From NCBI GenBank assembly GCA_002633005.1, contig NMRA01000302.1, positions 80,589-144,588 of the forward strand: a stretch of DNA of 64,000 bases. Reading direction: 5' to 3'. Positions 1 to 13,200 of this stretch are shown here, one piece after another. Within the stretch, counting starts at the first letter, position 1; each line of letters starts with the position of its first letter. A program made the translations under genes and the position numbers. This DNA comes from Phoronis australis. Its lineage: Eukaryota > Animalia > Phoronida. The notes under the pieces were generated by a model, which made no database searches, was not told where the DNA came from, and saw only the letters and a program-made list of their open reading frames with translations.

Positions 1-1959
1 GAGGGAGTGAAAAAGTCGGAGCTTTTTGCAAGTTGCATTTTTGTTTCAGTTTTTGATTCTGTGCGGATTGTTTATAAAATTTACTAAAATTACCCACCAT
101 CAAACATTTATGGCCCAATGAAACAACAACGACCTGTAAATTTTTATTTTTTTGAAGTACGACCATCAGCCATTTTGAACTTAAATCAAACGCAACCACC
201 CATAAATTTTTATTTCAGTTGCCTTCCCCCCCCTCCCTCCCACACAGATTTTGCTGGAACAGCCCTAAATTGTAAGTGGCCATTAGCGGGGAAGTGCTAA
301 AATGAGTGATAATTTAGGACTCTCCTAGAAACAAAGGGGCAAACACAAAATTGAGATGAGAAGACGTGGGAAGGCCTTTTCTGCAATGAACAAGCCATGC
401 CACGTCCTGTTATGTTCCCAAGGCTACATCAGTGCAGCTTATGACAAAAAGACCACCTGCAATGCTTACAAGAAATTTGAATTTGATTGTTCCTTGAATG
501 GGAGATGATTTAAATAACCAAAAATTGTGACATATAAATTAAAAATGTCCGAGTGTGCTCCACATGTCCTGTGTGGGTGTGCATTGTGTGTTTATTTTCT
601 TCCATGCAATGTTTCCTTGTCCATACCTATGTCGCATGATATCTCAAGAACAGTGCTGTAGTGGTGCGAAGGTGCACGTAGGCGCAGCCAACCACCTTTT
701 GGCATTTGAAGGTAGCGCTTGCGCACCGTACAGTGCTCAAGGTGATAGGGTGGGCTTTTGGCACCTACTTACCACAAATTTTACCACTTTGATCATTATT
801 TTGACTTCTATACCAAAAATCTCTATAAAAGATCCTAGTATTAATTTGTGGAATGATACATCACCTGTCATTGATCAGTCCAAGCCCTGAACCTTAACTT
901 TGTGCAAAACAATTTCTTTATGGAGCGTTTAGTTTACAGAAACACTTTCTACATGGTGAGTAAGATACAACTGGTAATACTAGTTTAACTTGTATTACCA
1001 TTGGATAGTTTTCTTGATTCTTAACTATTTTCTCAGCCAAATGTGTAGTCAGTGGTTTGTCATCAGGTGGTTCATAGAGAGGCGGATATTTGTATACAAG
1101 AGTCACCATAAAGCTTCTGTGTTACGTAAAATTATGTTTTTAGTGATGTTTTACTGCTTAGGCAATTCACATTCATATTAAAACCTGCATTTAGAAATCT
1201 TGAATATGAGAGTGATGGTGTTGAACATTACAATATATATTTTGAATGGCTATGCTGTTGGGTTAGAGGTTGTGCTTGTAAGTAAGGCGTGTTACATGAG
1301 TAGCAGATTACTCGCGATTGGTCATTGCAAAAGCTATAGAACTTTTAATCAGAAAATGTTGCAACTTCTGATTATGGGCCATGGCCAAACAACCAGGAGA
1401 CTATGTCTATTGAAAGGACATCTTGTTTTGTTAATTTTGTCCAATCATCTTTCTGTCACCAGCTAATGCATCATTGGCGTTAATCAGGAAAGACAAAAGC
1501 AGGAATCAACTAAAAACTCATACCCCTATCTCACAAATTAGACATTGTGCTCCTTGGTCGGTGGCCTTTCCCTCAGTTGCATTCAATTTTCTAAAAGCGT
1601 ACGTCATGCTTTTACTGTTTAGCAGACGTTGAAATTTTTTTTGAAAATTTCCTCCAAGTTTTGAGGGTTTTCGATGGTTACAGAACATTAATTTGTTGCA
1701 GAGAACTAGGTGGGAAGTCGATTTTAGTATTTTACTTTATTTTGAAAAGTTAATCCATTACTGGTTTTTCGAAACTGGGGCCGTTGCCCTACGTGACGGT
1801 AACTAATTTAAGAATGCTCTAGGTTCTTGTTGCAAGTCAAAATCCAAATGGACTTTCTATACTAGACTAAGAAATAAAAAGTTCACTCTGACAGTTGTGC
1901 TTTCATCTCACAAAGTAACAATTGTGCACAAGCAGGTTTCAGTGCTCAGCTACAATTTT

Positions 1960-3606
1960 TGTGTAGCCTGTATGTCCCAATAAAGTCTGTGAATATTTTT
2001 GTCCAAACACAACTGTGCAACTCTGTCCACATGTCTTCCAAGATGTCCATGTTGCCCCAAGATAAAGTTTCTGTATGCCTGATGTCAGTTAGATGCATTC
2101 TGATCAGTCTCTGGCTTCAGTGTCATCACATTTCGTTGTAACTTGTCGAAGGCAAGTACACCTTCTCCAGGCAAAACACTTGGAAATCCTGAAAGCATTG
2201 GTAAAATATATTACCATGCGGTTTCGCATTACTGTATATTTGATAAGGAACATTTGTCTCTTGTAAATGAATTATATACAACAGCAACTGGTTGATTGGG
2301 GTTGACATCCTATATTGGACAATCAAAACATATAGAATTATTTTCATTATTGCAGACTGAACTCACCAATACTTTTGAAAATTGGCATTTGGTTGGTTTT
2401 GGATGGGATTTGCTACTGAGATTTGATTTGAGTTCTTGGCCAAAGATTTGTTTTTCTTCAAAAAGTGATTTGAATTGTGTGGCTGTATATTTGTTTAAAT
2501 TAGTTGAAGACTCAAAACTAATGTAGCTATAGGAGTCTTTGGAGGTCCTGGTGACATTAATATGAATCACCTTAAAATGAAAAAGAGCAGACCAAAAAAG
2601 CACTAAACAATTTTGTAAAATGTTTCCCACTGATATATGTAGTCTGTAGTCAACACTAAAACTTTGTAGTGATTAAATTTTTAGACAACGGTTTAGTGAA
2701 TACTTACAGGTAATAATGAAATGCAGTTAGCAGATTGCATCCCACAGCACACTTTTATTTCTGGTTGGCATTTCTTGACACCTGTGACACGGGCACCATG
2801 ATGGATCTTCTGATGGTGCTGGGTGCTGGATCCAGTGAAGTGACCTCTGGTAGCCTAAATTCTAGACGCGGGGGTCTTGCTTGGCGACATCCCACTTTAG
2901 GTCTCTCAATTCCTTCTTTTATCCATGTGACTTACTCGGCCCTAAAGTGAGAGTAATTCAGTGACAACATTCACAGTAATGAGAACAATTTTCATAACTT
3001 TTGTTTGTATTGCTGTAGGATTTATTTGCCAACAAGTACGAAGACAACCACTGTATGACTATCAGATTGGAAATCATCTACTGGTTTAGAATTGGGTTTT
3101 GGATTAATTCATAGGCAGATTTAGGGGGGACAGGGGGCCTCGCCCGCCCCCCCCCCACCCCACCCCCAAACCCATGCAGTCCCAGGGCCTGGAAATTGAA
3201 CATCACAGTGTCGCGCAGGAAACTTATTTTTCGTAAGCAACTCATCGTGCACTTCCGAGTTGTACATAATCTCCCAGAAGAGGAAACGTTTACAACCAAG
3301 CTCGACGAATTCATGAATCACTAAGACTCGATTGCAGGTTTAAAATTGAACACAACTCACGAGGCTGTAGCTTGTATATTATGTAATATAGTCTATAGAC
3401 AAGTACACGGCCGATACGTCGACTTCGAATGACTCGGGATAGCGACAGAAATAGTTGAGAGAACCGAGGTTCAGAACAAATTAATCTTGTTGTTTACGAG
3501 TAAGAATCAAGCTGTGATTTCCAAATGTTTGTACATTCTGATTTCTTGTTTAGCTGGCAAGAAGTCCCAAAACACCTAACTCACCTCGACCGCTTGTGCT
3601 TGACAT
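1960..3606 (-). pseudogene. Decayed P2X7 C-terminal ballast-like (Cys/His-rich) domain gene, possibly a transposon accessory gene
   Basis: Minus-strand translation across frameshifts gives MSTPIN..CC, DFQVFCL..GVL, NASN*HQAYRNFILGQHGHLGRHVDRVA, SCVWTKI, matching the recalled pattern N..RH.AYR.FI.W..G.LG...R...SCV..KI. In-frame TGA at 2085-2087. Putative first exon ATG 3606 to GTGAG donor after 3585; acceptor-like sites near 2942, 2571 and 2189. Confidence 0.55.
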
Positions 3607-3631
3607 GTTTCTCTTCCGTCAGCTGATTCGT

Positions 3632-3646
3632 GTGCATTATGGGTAA
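3632..3646 (-). promoter_or_regulatory. Staf/ZNF143-like binding site
   Basis: Minus strand TTACCCATAATGCAC matches the Staf consensus, about 25 nt upstream of the ATG at 3606. Confidence 0.45.
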
Positions 3647-4068
3647 TCTCTCCACTGGCAACCCCGCATAAATAATGAGGTTTGGCTGAAGGTCCGCCCA
3701 CTTTTTATAAATTTAAAAAATTAATAGTAAAATAACGAGAGTATGTACATGGCTGTAATTTACGAAAAGAGTTAATTTTAGTGATATCTTTCGATTGGCA
3801 AAGCTCAATTTGTGATCTAAGCAGGCGAAAGTAAAGGAAATAGTGACTTTAAGACGATTTCCAAAGCAATCCCGTCATTATTGCCAACACGAAAAACGGA
3901 TTTGGTTTTTGGGCATTTGAAGACTATTTTAAATACGACAAATTTGTTAAGAATTGATGGCACAAAATATAAAACGTGTAATAAGCATTACAAAAAGAAG
4001 TCGGTTTCGAGCGCAAACGCTGTGGACCATAAATAAGTAGGTCTCTTAGAAAAAGATTAGTAGTTAAG

Positions 4069-4135
4069 TTGTGGTGGTGTAGCGGTAAAGTACACGCGCG
4101 CTCTTTCCTCCAGGTCTTGAATTCGAGTCACAGGT
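4069..4135 (+). repeat. Degenerate tRNA-derived SINE head
   Basis: A-box-like GGTGTAGCGG and B-box-like ATTCGAGTC; no complete cloverleaf. Confidence 0.35.
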
Positions 4136-5400
4136 TCTTGCAGTTTTTTCTGTTCGACACATTCTCCTTTTTTTTTCTTTTTTGCCTCTTTTGTCTTCAG
4201 GAATCAAGGAAAATGCTTGATTTTTAAAGGCAAGCCCCCCTCCCGACCTCCCCCCACTTCGGTGCTATGCGAATCTACAATCGTGGTTCAGTTTGCACAA
4301 ATGCTTACATCCGGACAAAAAGTTGCCCCCCCTTGTGATATCCTAGATCCGCCACTGTAGGGTGAATATTTAAGACAGTGATCGTCTCTTGTATCTGTGC
4401 TGTCAATTCACACGGTGCGCACACATCAACGTTCTACGTGGTTCTTGCAAAGCTTGCAATTAAATGTGTGTTTTTTCTCAGTTCTAGCACAAAGATCTTT
4501 TTTCAGAGCTCGGCCATAATACACGCTTTGTGATAAAGGAGCAACGTGAACCCCCCCCCCCACCCTTGACGTCACAGTACTGACCGACTACTGCGCAGCG
4601 CAAGAATTTGCTGCTTTTCTACGTCCAAGGTTATAGACCTTGGGCATGGCCATGCAACGATAATGCAATTCCATGTGTATTAAGGTCATGTAAGACCCTA
4701 TAAAAATATCCGTTTTTGGCCATCTTCGGAAGATTATATCTCAGGAAAGCTTGAAAGGATTCTCATGAACATTCAGACATGATCCGTTCTAAGCTGGTCT
4801 CCAAATACTGATAGAAATAGTTTTTAAAATGTTCCACTTTAATTTGCATGAGGATCTATTAAAATCTACGGTGGGACTTTCATGAAAAATTAAAGTTTCA
4901 CGAAAAAAAAAACGAAACGATAATTTAAGAAACTGTAGCAGCGTTTCTTCAGATTTTATCTTGAAAATTTTTACCATGAAAATTTGGTCATGTAGTTTCT
5001 AAATTTTCCTAGAACACAAGGTCACGTGAGAAAATTCATGACAGATTGATATAAAATCGAAAACCACATTTTACGGAATTTTTACTTTCCGAAAATATAC
5101 ACTTTTTGCGGAGTTGAATTCTATGCTTTTGAAAATATTTGGCCTAATGTACAAATTTGTCGATAATGTCCTTAACCTTAAAGCAAGCTAAAATTAACCC
5201 TTAACTGAAAGAATTTGAGCTTTCACGTTTCGCATTTCATCCAACGCTACTGTCGCAAAGGTTATAATACATGATTACTGCTTTGCAATGCTCAGGCATA
5301 GCATGTTCACAGTTATTTGAACGGTTTATACACGGGGGAGGAGGGTAGGCTGCCAGTCTTGCATAGGAAACTGCCTTGGTTGAGACGACTGAATGCTCAC

Positions 5401-8400
5401 CCGATATCCTTGGATCATCTGACACGTTAATTTCAACATTATTCCTGTACCACTTGATAAAGTCAAGCTCCGTGGGGTTGGCAGTTACTGTACAGTGTAG
5501 GATGACGTTGTTTCCTTCTCTCACTGATGTGAGTAAACCCGGACCCATGGTAATCAGAGGAGCGTCTGTGAGAACAAAAGTACCACAATATGCAGGTTTT
5601 AAGAGTTCCAGTGAAATTTCGCTAATAGCTGGTGAATTTAAACAAAGAAACTAAATTTTGGATTTTGAAAATTACCTTAGACATTAAAATCACAACCGCA
5701 AAATTTCTGTAACTTTTAACGTTTGGGAAATAAATTGTCTTCATTTTAAAGTTGCACGATAAAAGGAACTGATTTAATTAGAATATCGGGACGGCTCGTT
5801 TTCTTTTAGGAACATAACTTACGTCTAACAACGACATTTATTGTCGCCCCAGATGTGCGTCCAAGTCTGTTCTCAGCCGAGCACGTGTACGCCCCCTTGT
5901 GACTGGCGCTGGCAGACGCGATGACCAGAGAGGGAGATTCGGGCGTCCCACCGGTGTATGACGTGTCACTGATATTGACAGGCTGAATATTTCGAGTCCA
6001 TGACACAGAGGCAGCAGGACGTGCCCGGATGTTGCACTCAAGCACTAGAGAGTTTCCTTCATCCACAGATAGTGCTTTGTTCGGAATAGCCACTATCGGC
6101 TTGTCTAGGAAAAAGCACGGGCGATCAATACCGGGAATTTCCGAAAATAGGCCCACCCAAAAGTGCACCTTATGGCATATATTCGGTAGTTGTCTGCTTG
6201 TTTTGAAAATCTGATGGATTTTTCTGTTAGCAATTTAGCGTGAAGGGCATTTTTAACGCACTGTGTTTGCTCTAATGCCAAATAATATGGACGAATAAAA
6301 TTCTTCAACTACATTACATTAAAAAAGACGTGTTCATGTAAAAAAAATCACCGATAATGTTTGTTTAACAGAAACTGCATCACAAAACGTTTGACACGGT
6401 TTCCTAAAACACACCCGGGCGTATATTCAGTTTCATTTGACGTTTTTGAAATGTCGTTTTCCTGAAACCCAGCCATTGACTTATATTCGAAAATTCTCGG
6501 TAGACTATCAGTTACAAGACCGCTGGTCAAAGCCAGAACTTGCCTTCCATACAATTAACGTTTTGCTAGCTGTTGACATTCTCTCAGTTTCCAATAACAG
6601 AAATCACCAATAGAAATGATTATGACGATAACGAAGAGGTAGATGGCGATGACCATGACAACGTGATGATGACAATTTGGCTTAAAATAAATCAAAAGTG
6701 AAATCTTCCTATTCTTAAACCAATGAATTCTCGAGAGAATGCTGCCAATGGAAATTACATCAGTGGAGTCCTCTGACAAAATCGTTAATTTCTTGATTAT
6801 CACTGTTCAGTAGACAAAAACGATTTCTAATGAATGTCAATATGACGAAACCAGACTTGGCAAGGGAAAGCAAGTTATTGAATCTTAGAGGAGAAGTTGA
6901 ATGTGTTTCCACTCACGATTTACCGTGATGACGTCACTCACACTCTGGGGAGCTTGACCCAAATTTTGTAACACGACGTTCGTTGCAGTGCATGTGATTT
7001 TCTTTTGGTCGTCAGAAAATTTTGCGATGAAAGTGGCAGTTGATGTCATATTGAATGACCCATCGCCATTAACGGTCGTTGAGTCGCTTCCAGTTAGGGT
7101 CTCGTTTTGAGGCTGTGAGTCCGGTCCACGGTACCACAGAACGCTTGCTGCCGGCCGACCATAGGGGGAAAGACACGAAAACGTGAGTAGGTTGTTTTCG
7201 TCAGCTTCGTTGTTTCCGGACAACACTGGAGGGAGAGGTTTCACTGCGAACGAAAGAAAAAAACTGACATGACAAGCGACGAAAAGGGTTTCGTCTAACT
7301 CACCAGACTTTTATGCTTTTTAGTGAGTGATTTAGCCATTTAACACGACTTGACATGGTCGACGCAGTGACTTAATCATGCGGGTATTTGAAAGTGTTTG
7401 TGACATACTATTTTTTCTGCTCGCAGTTCTAAGCGCCTGTGTTCAGAACATAGAGAGAGTTTGCCTCTTTCGATGTCTCCAAATTGGATTGAAATAATTT
7501 TGAAAGAGCAGGCTGCGGCAACAATACTCACAGTTGACAATCAGTGGAACTTCAATAGTTTCGTTGTACGGTATATCGGCAACCGTTGATGTGCACAGGA
7601 AGATGGCACCAGCGGTGTCCCTGCCGACAGCTAATGACAACGTCTTGGTTACGGTAAAAGTTCCGTCGCTGTTGGTTATTTCTTTCAAGGAACCCGTCAA
7701 TTCAGTATTTTCGCTGCCTACAAAGAGACAAAGACAGTGTCTAGAATTTGTTTGCTGAGATGTAGTGAGTATTTGGCTTTGTTTACAGTCTTCTCCGTTA
7801 GATTTAAACTGAAAAAGATTTGCCATCACTGACAAGGCTCAGAACAAAACTGATTCATGTGGGTTGCTGTTAACGAAACGCGGCACCTTCTCAAAACTAA
7901 TTATTTGAATGACATATCCGTTGTTATTCGAAGGCCAGAAGATGAACTTTTGTGACCGAATACTTCATAGCACAAAAAGAGGTGAATTTGTTGAAATGAG
8001 AAGTGATGACGACTATAAACAAAGTTTTGAAGAGGGGGGGGGGAGAGGGACAGTTGGTTTCATTGATAGTGGCAGCCGGATGAAGGGAGCAATATTTGTG
8101 ACCACGAGGGATTTGTTATGTTAAATATTTTGCAGGTAAAAATCTTCCTACATATACCTTTCTTTGACCAGCGCAAGGCTGGTTTAGGTTTCCCGTTTTC
8201 TGATGAACAGATGAGATCCAGGAGCGATCCCTCGCTCACCCCATTTTCTGCCCCGGTGACGTTGACGGGCTTCGGCTGAACTGAAAATAGAGAAGTCGAA
8301 CTCAATTAAGATTAGAAAAATAAAACAGGAGTAACAATAAACCCGTCATAAACACGGTTCATGGCTGTCTTAAGATTTACTGTTTATTGTGGCATGGCAA

Positions 8401-9137
8401 TTTAAAAATCTCGTGTCATGCTCAATTTCTTCATGTTTTATAACCTACATGTTACTCACTTGTATTTCAATTTTCACATTTGTTTTTCGATGGTGTGACA
8501 CGATTGCTTCATAGAATACTATCATGGATACTTAAAAGTTCATGTTGCTTACACAACCTATACTTTCCTCTGTTAAAATTCTTGCCAATTACTTGCAAGT
8601 GAACAAACGTCGCACCAAACTATCAAGTAACTGCTATGCTAATTGAACGTGTATAATTAATAATAATAACTGGCTCCTTTCCTCTACATGAACTAGACGG
8701 GTTAGAAAAAGGAATGAATTTTCTTCGCCAAAAACAAATATAACACGTTTACAAAATTACGGGATATCTCTTTTACATATCTTACCTAAAACCGTCAAAG
8801 TCGTTATTTCAGCCGTTGCGTCTCCAAATAAATTAAAACACCTGTAATTACCATCATCTGACGGCTGAACTTTACGTATTGTCAACGCAAACGTTTGTCC
8901 TATAGAATCAACCTTGTACTTAATTTCATCGATTCCTCCTTGAAGGGCGTTGTCGATAGACAGTGTTTGCGTACCCCCGGACACGAGTTGTTTATCCCAC
9001 CACACGGGGCCACTCGTTGACACTTTGTTGCAGGTAAGCGTAACATCACTACCACGCACAACGCTCCGCGATGATGCGCAGTTCACCACTGTTACCCAAA
9101 AAGTCAAAATCAAGAACTTCAACAGCTTTTGAGTCAT
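5401..9137 (-). CDS. Multi-Ig-domain cell-surface or secreted protein (nephrin/hemicentin-like), 3' part not found
   Basis: Exons 9137-8786, 8280-8158, 7717-7532, 7243-6917, 6104-5823, 5565-5401, all GT-AG phase 1 and in frame. Signal peptide MTQKLLKFLILTFWVTVVNCA, V-set domain (DDGNYRC), two C2-like domains (GKPKPALRW, GRPAASVLW), I-set domain (HKGAYTCSAENRLG) and half of a fifth domain. Confidence 0.85.
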
Positions 9138-9360
9138 GACAGCAATTAAATACGACGTCTTTTTAATTTCTCTCGAAGCAAAGTTAGCATCGGTGAGACA
9201 TAAATTGTTCTAGGAATGACTTGCGCATGCTCAGATGCGAGTCGTGAAGCACTACCTTCGTGTTGCCTTAGGAACGCAAAGCGCGTTGGTGCGAGCTAAT
9301 AATGTTATGCTAATTATCATATTTATTATGTAGCGATTAACGAACGCTATCTGCAAAGGT
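9138..9360. promoter_or_regulatory. Putative bidirectional promoter of the Ig gene pair plus non-coding first exon of the + gene
   Basis: NRF1-like TGCGCATGCTCA at 9222-9233; donor AAG/GTATGT at 9358/9359 on +; ATG of the - gene at 9137. Confidence 0.45.
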
Positions 9361-10205
9361 ATGTTTGTATACATTTAAGACGTTATGGTAACAGCTCTTT
9401 GCTTTAACTTATCATTTTTATTTGGTTTTGTTGTCCCACTTCACAATATTGTGATCACTACCGCAACAGAATCGAAAATAATTTGTAGAAATTATGTAGA
9501 GGTCTATCAGGTATTCGCTGATATTTTGCGCCATATGCCTGAGTGAAATTAAATTATCTTTCTGAAGCAGTTGTGTAGAGCCAAAACCTAAATTTGTATT
9601 AGTCGTTTTTATGAAGCATACATCAGGCTACGTAACATGTTATCATGTATTTAAGCAAGATAAAAATACTTCTATGCACGATTATCTTTGTATCTCTTTA
9701 GCGGAGCTTTTTCTAAAACACGTGTAGGAGGGAATGCACAAAATTTCAAAGATATACACAATCAACGACCATCATTTCGTCTTTGATTGCTGTTTATTAT
9801 TCAGAAACTAATACCACATATTATAATAAAGCACTCCTGACGTAAACCTTTGTGTTCCGGCAAGTGTTTAAGAAAAGAGTTACATATAAATTTTGGAAAT
9901 CAACATTCACTTGGACTGTACCTGTACAAAGCTCTTTGTTATATCTATTCATACACTTAAGTACGCTAATCTGCAAATACGAGTGCATATTTGGCAGGGT
10001 TGTTTAAATATTTGGCTAAAGTTAATCGCCGTCATAAAAATAACATTTGTATTGACAATCTCATTTGTTTGTAACTTAACGACTGTAATTAGTTAAATTA
10101 CAATACCAAATTTATTACTAATATACCGATACATAAGGCCCTGCGAGAATGCCATGCAGTCACAGTGAATAATAGGAGGGGTTGAGGGTCAATCACTCTT
10201 TCAGG

Positions 10206-13200
10206 ATGAAGTTAAGCATAAAAATTTTTCTATGTACATGTATAATCTTTGAAGGTAAGATGCTTTAATTTCCTGTTGTCTTTAAACCTTGTAAATGTTA
10301 TGTTACACCTCTTTTGAAGTTCAGTTAAGTAGTACGGTTGACTACTTAACATATTACCTTGAACTGCACAAGGTGAAATTACACCACTCCGCGTATTTTT
10401 ATAACAGCGAGTATTGTACAGTAGCGTGTCTTAAAATATAGCTAAAGAAGCCTATATCTGTTAACGAAGCTAGATTGAACGTTGGACATTGCTTAACCAG
10501 AGCAACACATTCTGGGTGATAAAGATTGTAGAATATTGTCAGATTTGAAATACGTAGCGATTGTATTATCATGTTTTTAGGAACCCAAGCGTTGACGATA
10601 AACAACGCTCCGAGTAATACTACCACCATAGTAGGACAAAACGCAACATTTGCGTGTGAAGTAACGAAGTCGGAATCGGAAAACGTGTTCTGGAAACGGG
10701 TAAAAGGATTAGCGTTGGTTGAAAATAGTTCTATGAGAATAAATGTGAAAGTGGGGTGCACACTAAAATAGGAGAAGTGAGACGCTTATTTTTTTTAATC
10801 CAGCTGGTACCCTATCCTGAAATAGCTTATTCAATGCATTCTAAAAGGTTCTCGATACGTTGTCTCCGCGACTAATACTGTAGGACTATTCCTACCCTGC
10901 GGTCTACGGCTTTCGAGCTATTAAACTTAATCTTGACGCATTACGTTTTAGTGAATATGAATAATTTTAAATACGCTTTGTCACGTGTCACGTGTGTCTC
11001 TTTTTCGTGGCTCATCTCCGTGGTAGAAATACTGGGGCCTGTTCCAAGAAACTGACTTAAGTTCATTTTTGACTTAAGTTAAAGATTTGTCTTCAATTTC
11101 GAACTTTGAAACTTCCACATTCTGTTAGTTAGTGAAATTTAAGACAAAACTAACGTCACACTGTAAATTTAAACTTAAGATCTCTTTCTTGAATTGGTTT
11201 TGAGACAAATTTAACTTTTATTTTGAAATTTACTAAAATTTAGGATTTGTCTTAGCTAAGTCAGTTTTGTTGGAACGGGTCCCTGATCTTCAGCAGAAAA
11301 AAACAGTCGAAAGTCTGGAGACTAATGCATTAAAAACAATCTTCAGATTGTAACAAAATCAAAACGTGGAATATGTTGGTGGCACTTTCCCTTATCGTGA
11401 CCGTTCACAAAACGCTTCCTCTTATACTGTAATTCATAACGAAAGCGAAGTCGACATTTTTAGATGCATCAATGGTGTCTCTAATAATTGTGATTGTCAT
11501 ATTCCCGAAGGTGGAGAGTAGTTCGACGACGCTGATTGGCTACAATGAGTTGTCTAAGAACATGACTAAATACGTCATCAGTGGCACGTATAACCTGACC
11601 ATCCTCGACGTGCAGTTAGCAGACGAAGGAGTCTACGAATGCGAAGCTGGGCTGAGGAAACCTAGGGCCTTCCTCCAGGTGGCGGGTAAGATCTGATTTA
11701 AAAGATGACGAGACAATGCTGTAGGGAATAGAAGTTGTTCTTAAGTGATTATTATTATTCGTTCAATAAATTTCCTGGTCCAGAGGACAACATGACGGAA
11801 GAAATTATGTTTTGCAAGATGTAAAATAAGTGCTCCAGTTAAATATCTTGCAACAGGGCTACGTTCCGCTGTCTTAAGAACGAAATCGAAATAAAATCAC
11901 TTAATTTTTCGTGAGCTATCGCCATGCATTACAAGCAAAGCACGGTTACACCAGATTTCATCACGAGTGTCTTTCTTCTTTCAAACGCATCAAAAACGTT
12001 GAAACTAAGTTAAAACTCAATTAATGAATTAGTCGTTTTGTGCAACCCGCCGAAACATAATTCTGAAAATCAAAAAAAAATGAATGGTGATTTTGTGAAT
12101 GAACGGGTGTAAGTCACTGCCCTTGTTCATAGAGCTAAATTAGGGCATTGTACACTTAAGGGACATCGTAGGCGAGAAAAATATATTTTCTGACATGAGT
12201 TGTAGCCCGGAACCGAACGTCCTTGTTCAGCAGACGCAGCATGACAATCTGCCGCTGGGCTACAGTGAATTTCTCTTGGTCGATGCCAAGGTATTTTGAG
12301 CATATTAATCGGGTAAGAACACAGCGAAAGTTGGCGATTTGTAATAAAATCAGAATAGCGCAACGGATTTTGTTGTTAGATAGCTCAGGTCGAAGCTAAT
12401 AACTTCAAGTTGTCTCAATTTGATCCAACCGTAATATCGAAATGCATTTTGTCGGGCGAAAAACCTATTATGTCATTAAAGGCTAAACTTCATCTACTTG
12501 TAGTTGTACCACCGTCGAGCAACGTGACCATGAAATGGGAGAACACCACGGGTCCCATCATTGCCAACGTTGAACGCAAGTTGATTTGTAGTGTATTTAA
12601 CAGCAGACCGCCGGCTGCCTTACGTTGGTTCAAGGGAAACACAGATGTCACGAAAGATGTCGCTTTCGCCAACACCACTTTGACGGCAGCAGGTAGGCCT
12701 GAAGTCTTAAAAACCTTCGTTCTGTTTTGGGGTGAATAGATTGTTTAAAATTCTTCAATAAGCTAATTTGTGTATTCACCTGATCATCAGCGGTAGCGAT
12801 ATTTTCACGTAGTTGGTACGACAGCACAATGAGCTACATCTCATTGGACAACACTACAAACGTCATCTGAGATAGGATGCTCGTCTTCTTCCTCACGGCT
12901 CGCATTTCCCGCTGCTACTTTGCTAACTGATTTCGCTGTATTTAACATAAATGTTCAAAGAGAGTGTTCTGGGTCAAAAGACTCAACTTCATATGTTTAA
13001 AGTCATTCGTGCCCATAAAGACAGTCAATGCATCACCGGCGTAGTCGTTCGTTTCTGGACAGGACTAACACATGAGTCAGAAGTCTGGCGTGCGTTCAGT
13101 AGACGCTAGGACCTACGCTAGGACCTAGCTAAAACCTAGTCAAAGTCACGTGCTCTCATTTAAAATGCACGTCAATATCTCACGTAATCTCGCGAAGTCT

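Noticed and set aside
4378-4450. CAVNSHG peptide resembling the missing Ig F-G strands
   Set aside because: Wrong strand for the Ig gene, no D.G.Y motif and no splice sites.
9307-9358. Apparent signal-peptide exon with a premature TAG, suggesting the + Ig gene is a pseudogene
   Set aside because: An intact signal-peptide exon with acceptor and donor exists at 10205-10254, so this is better read as a 5' UTR exon with a short uORF.
12206-12290. Extra exon in the + Ig gene (AG...GT bounded, GC-richer)
   Set aside because: Not Ig-like, breaks the phase-1 frame, and the model is complete without it.
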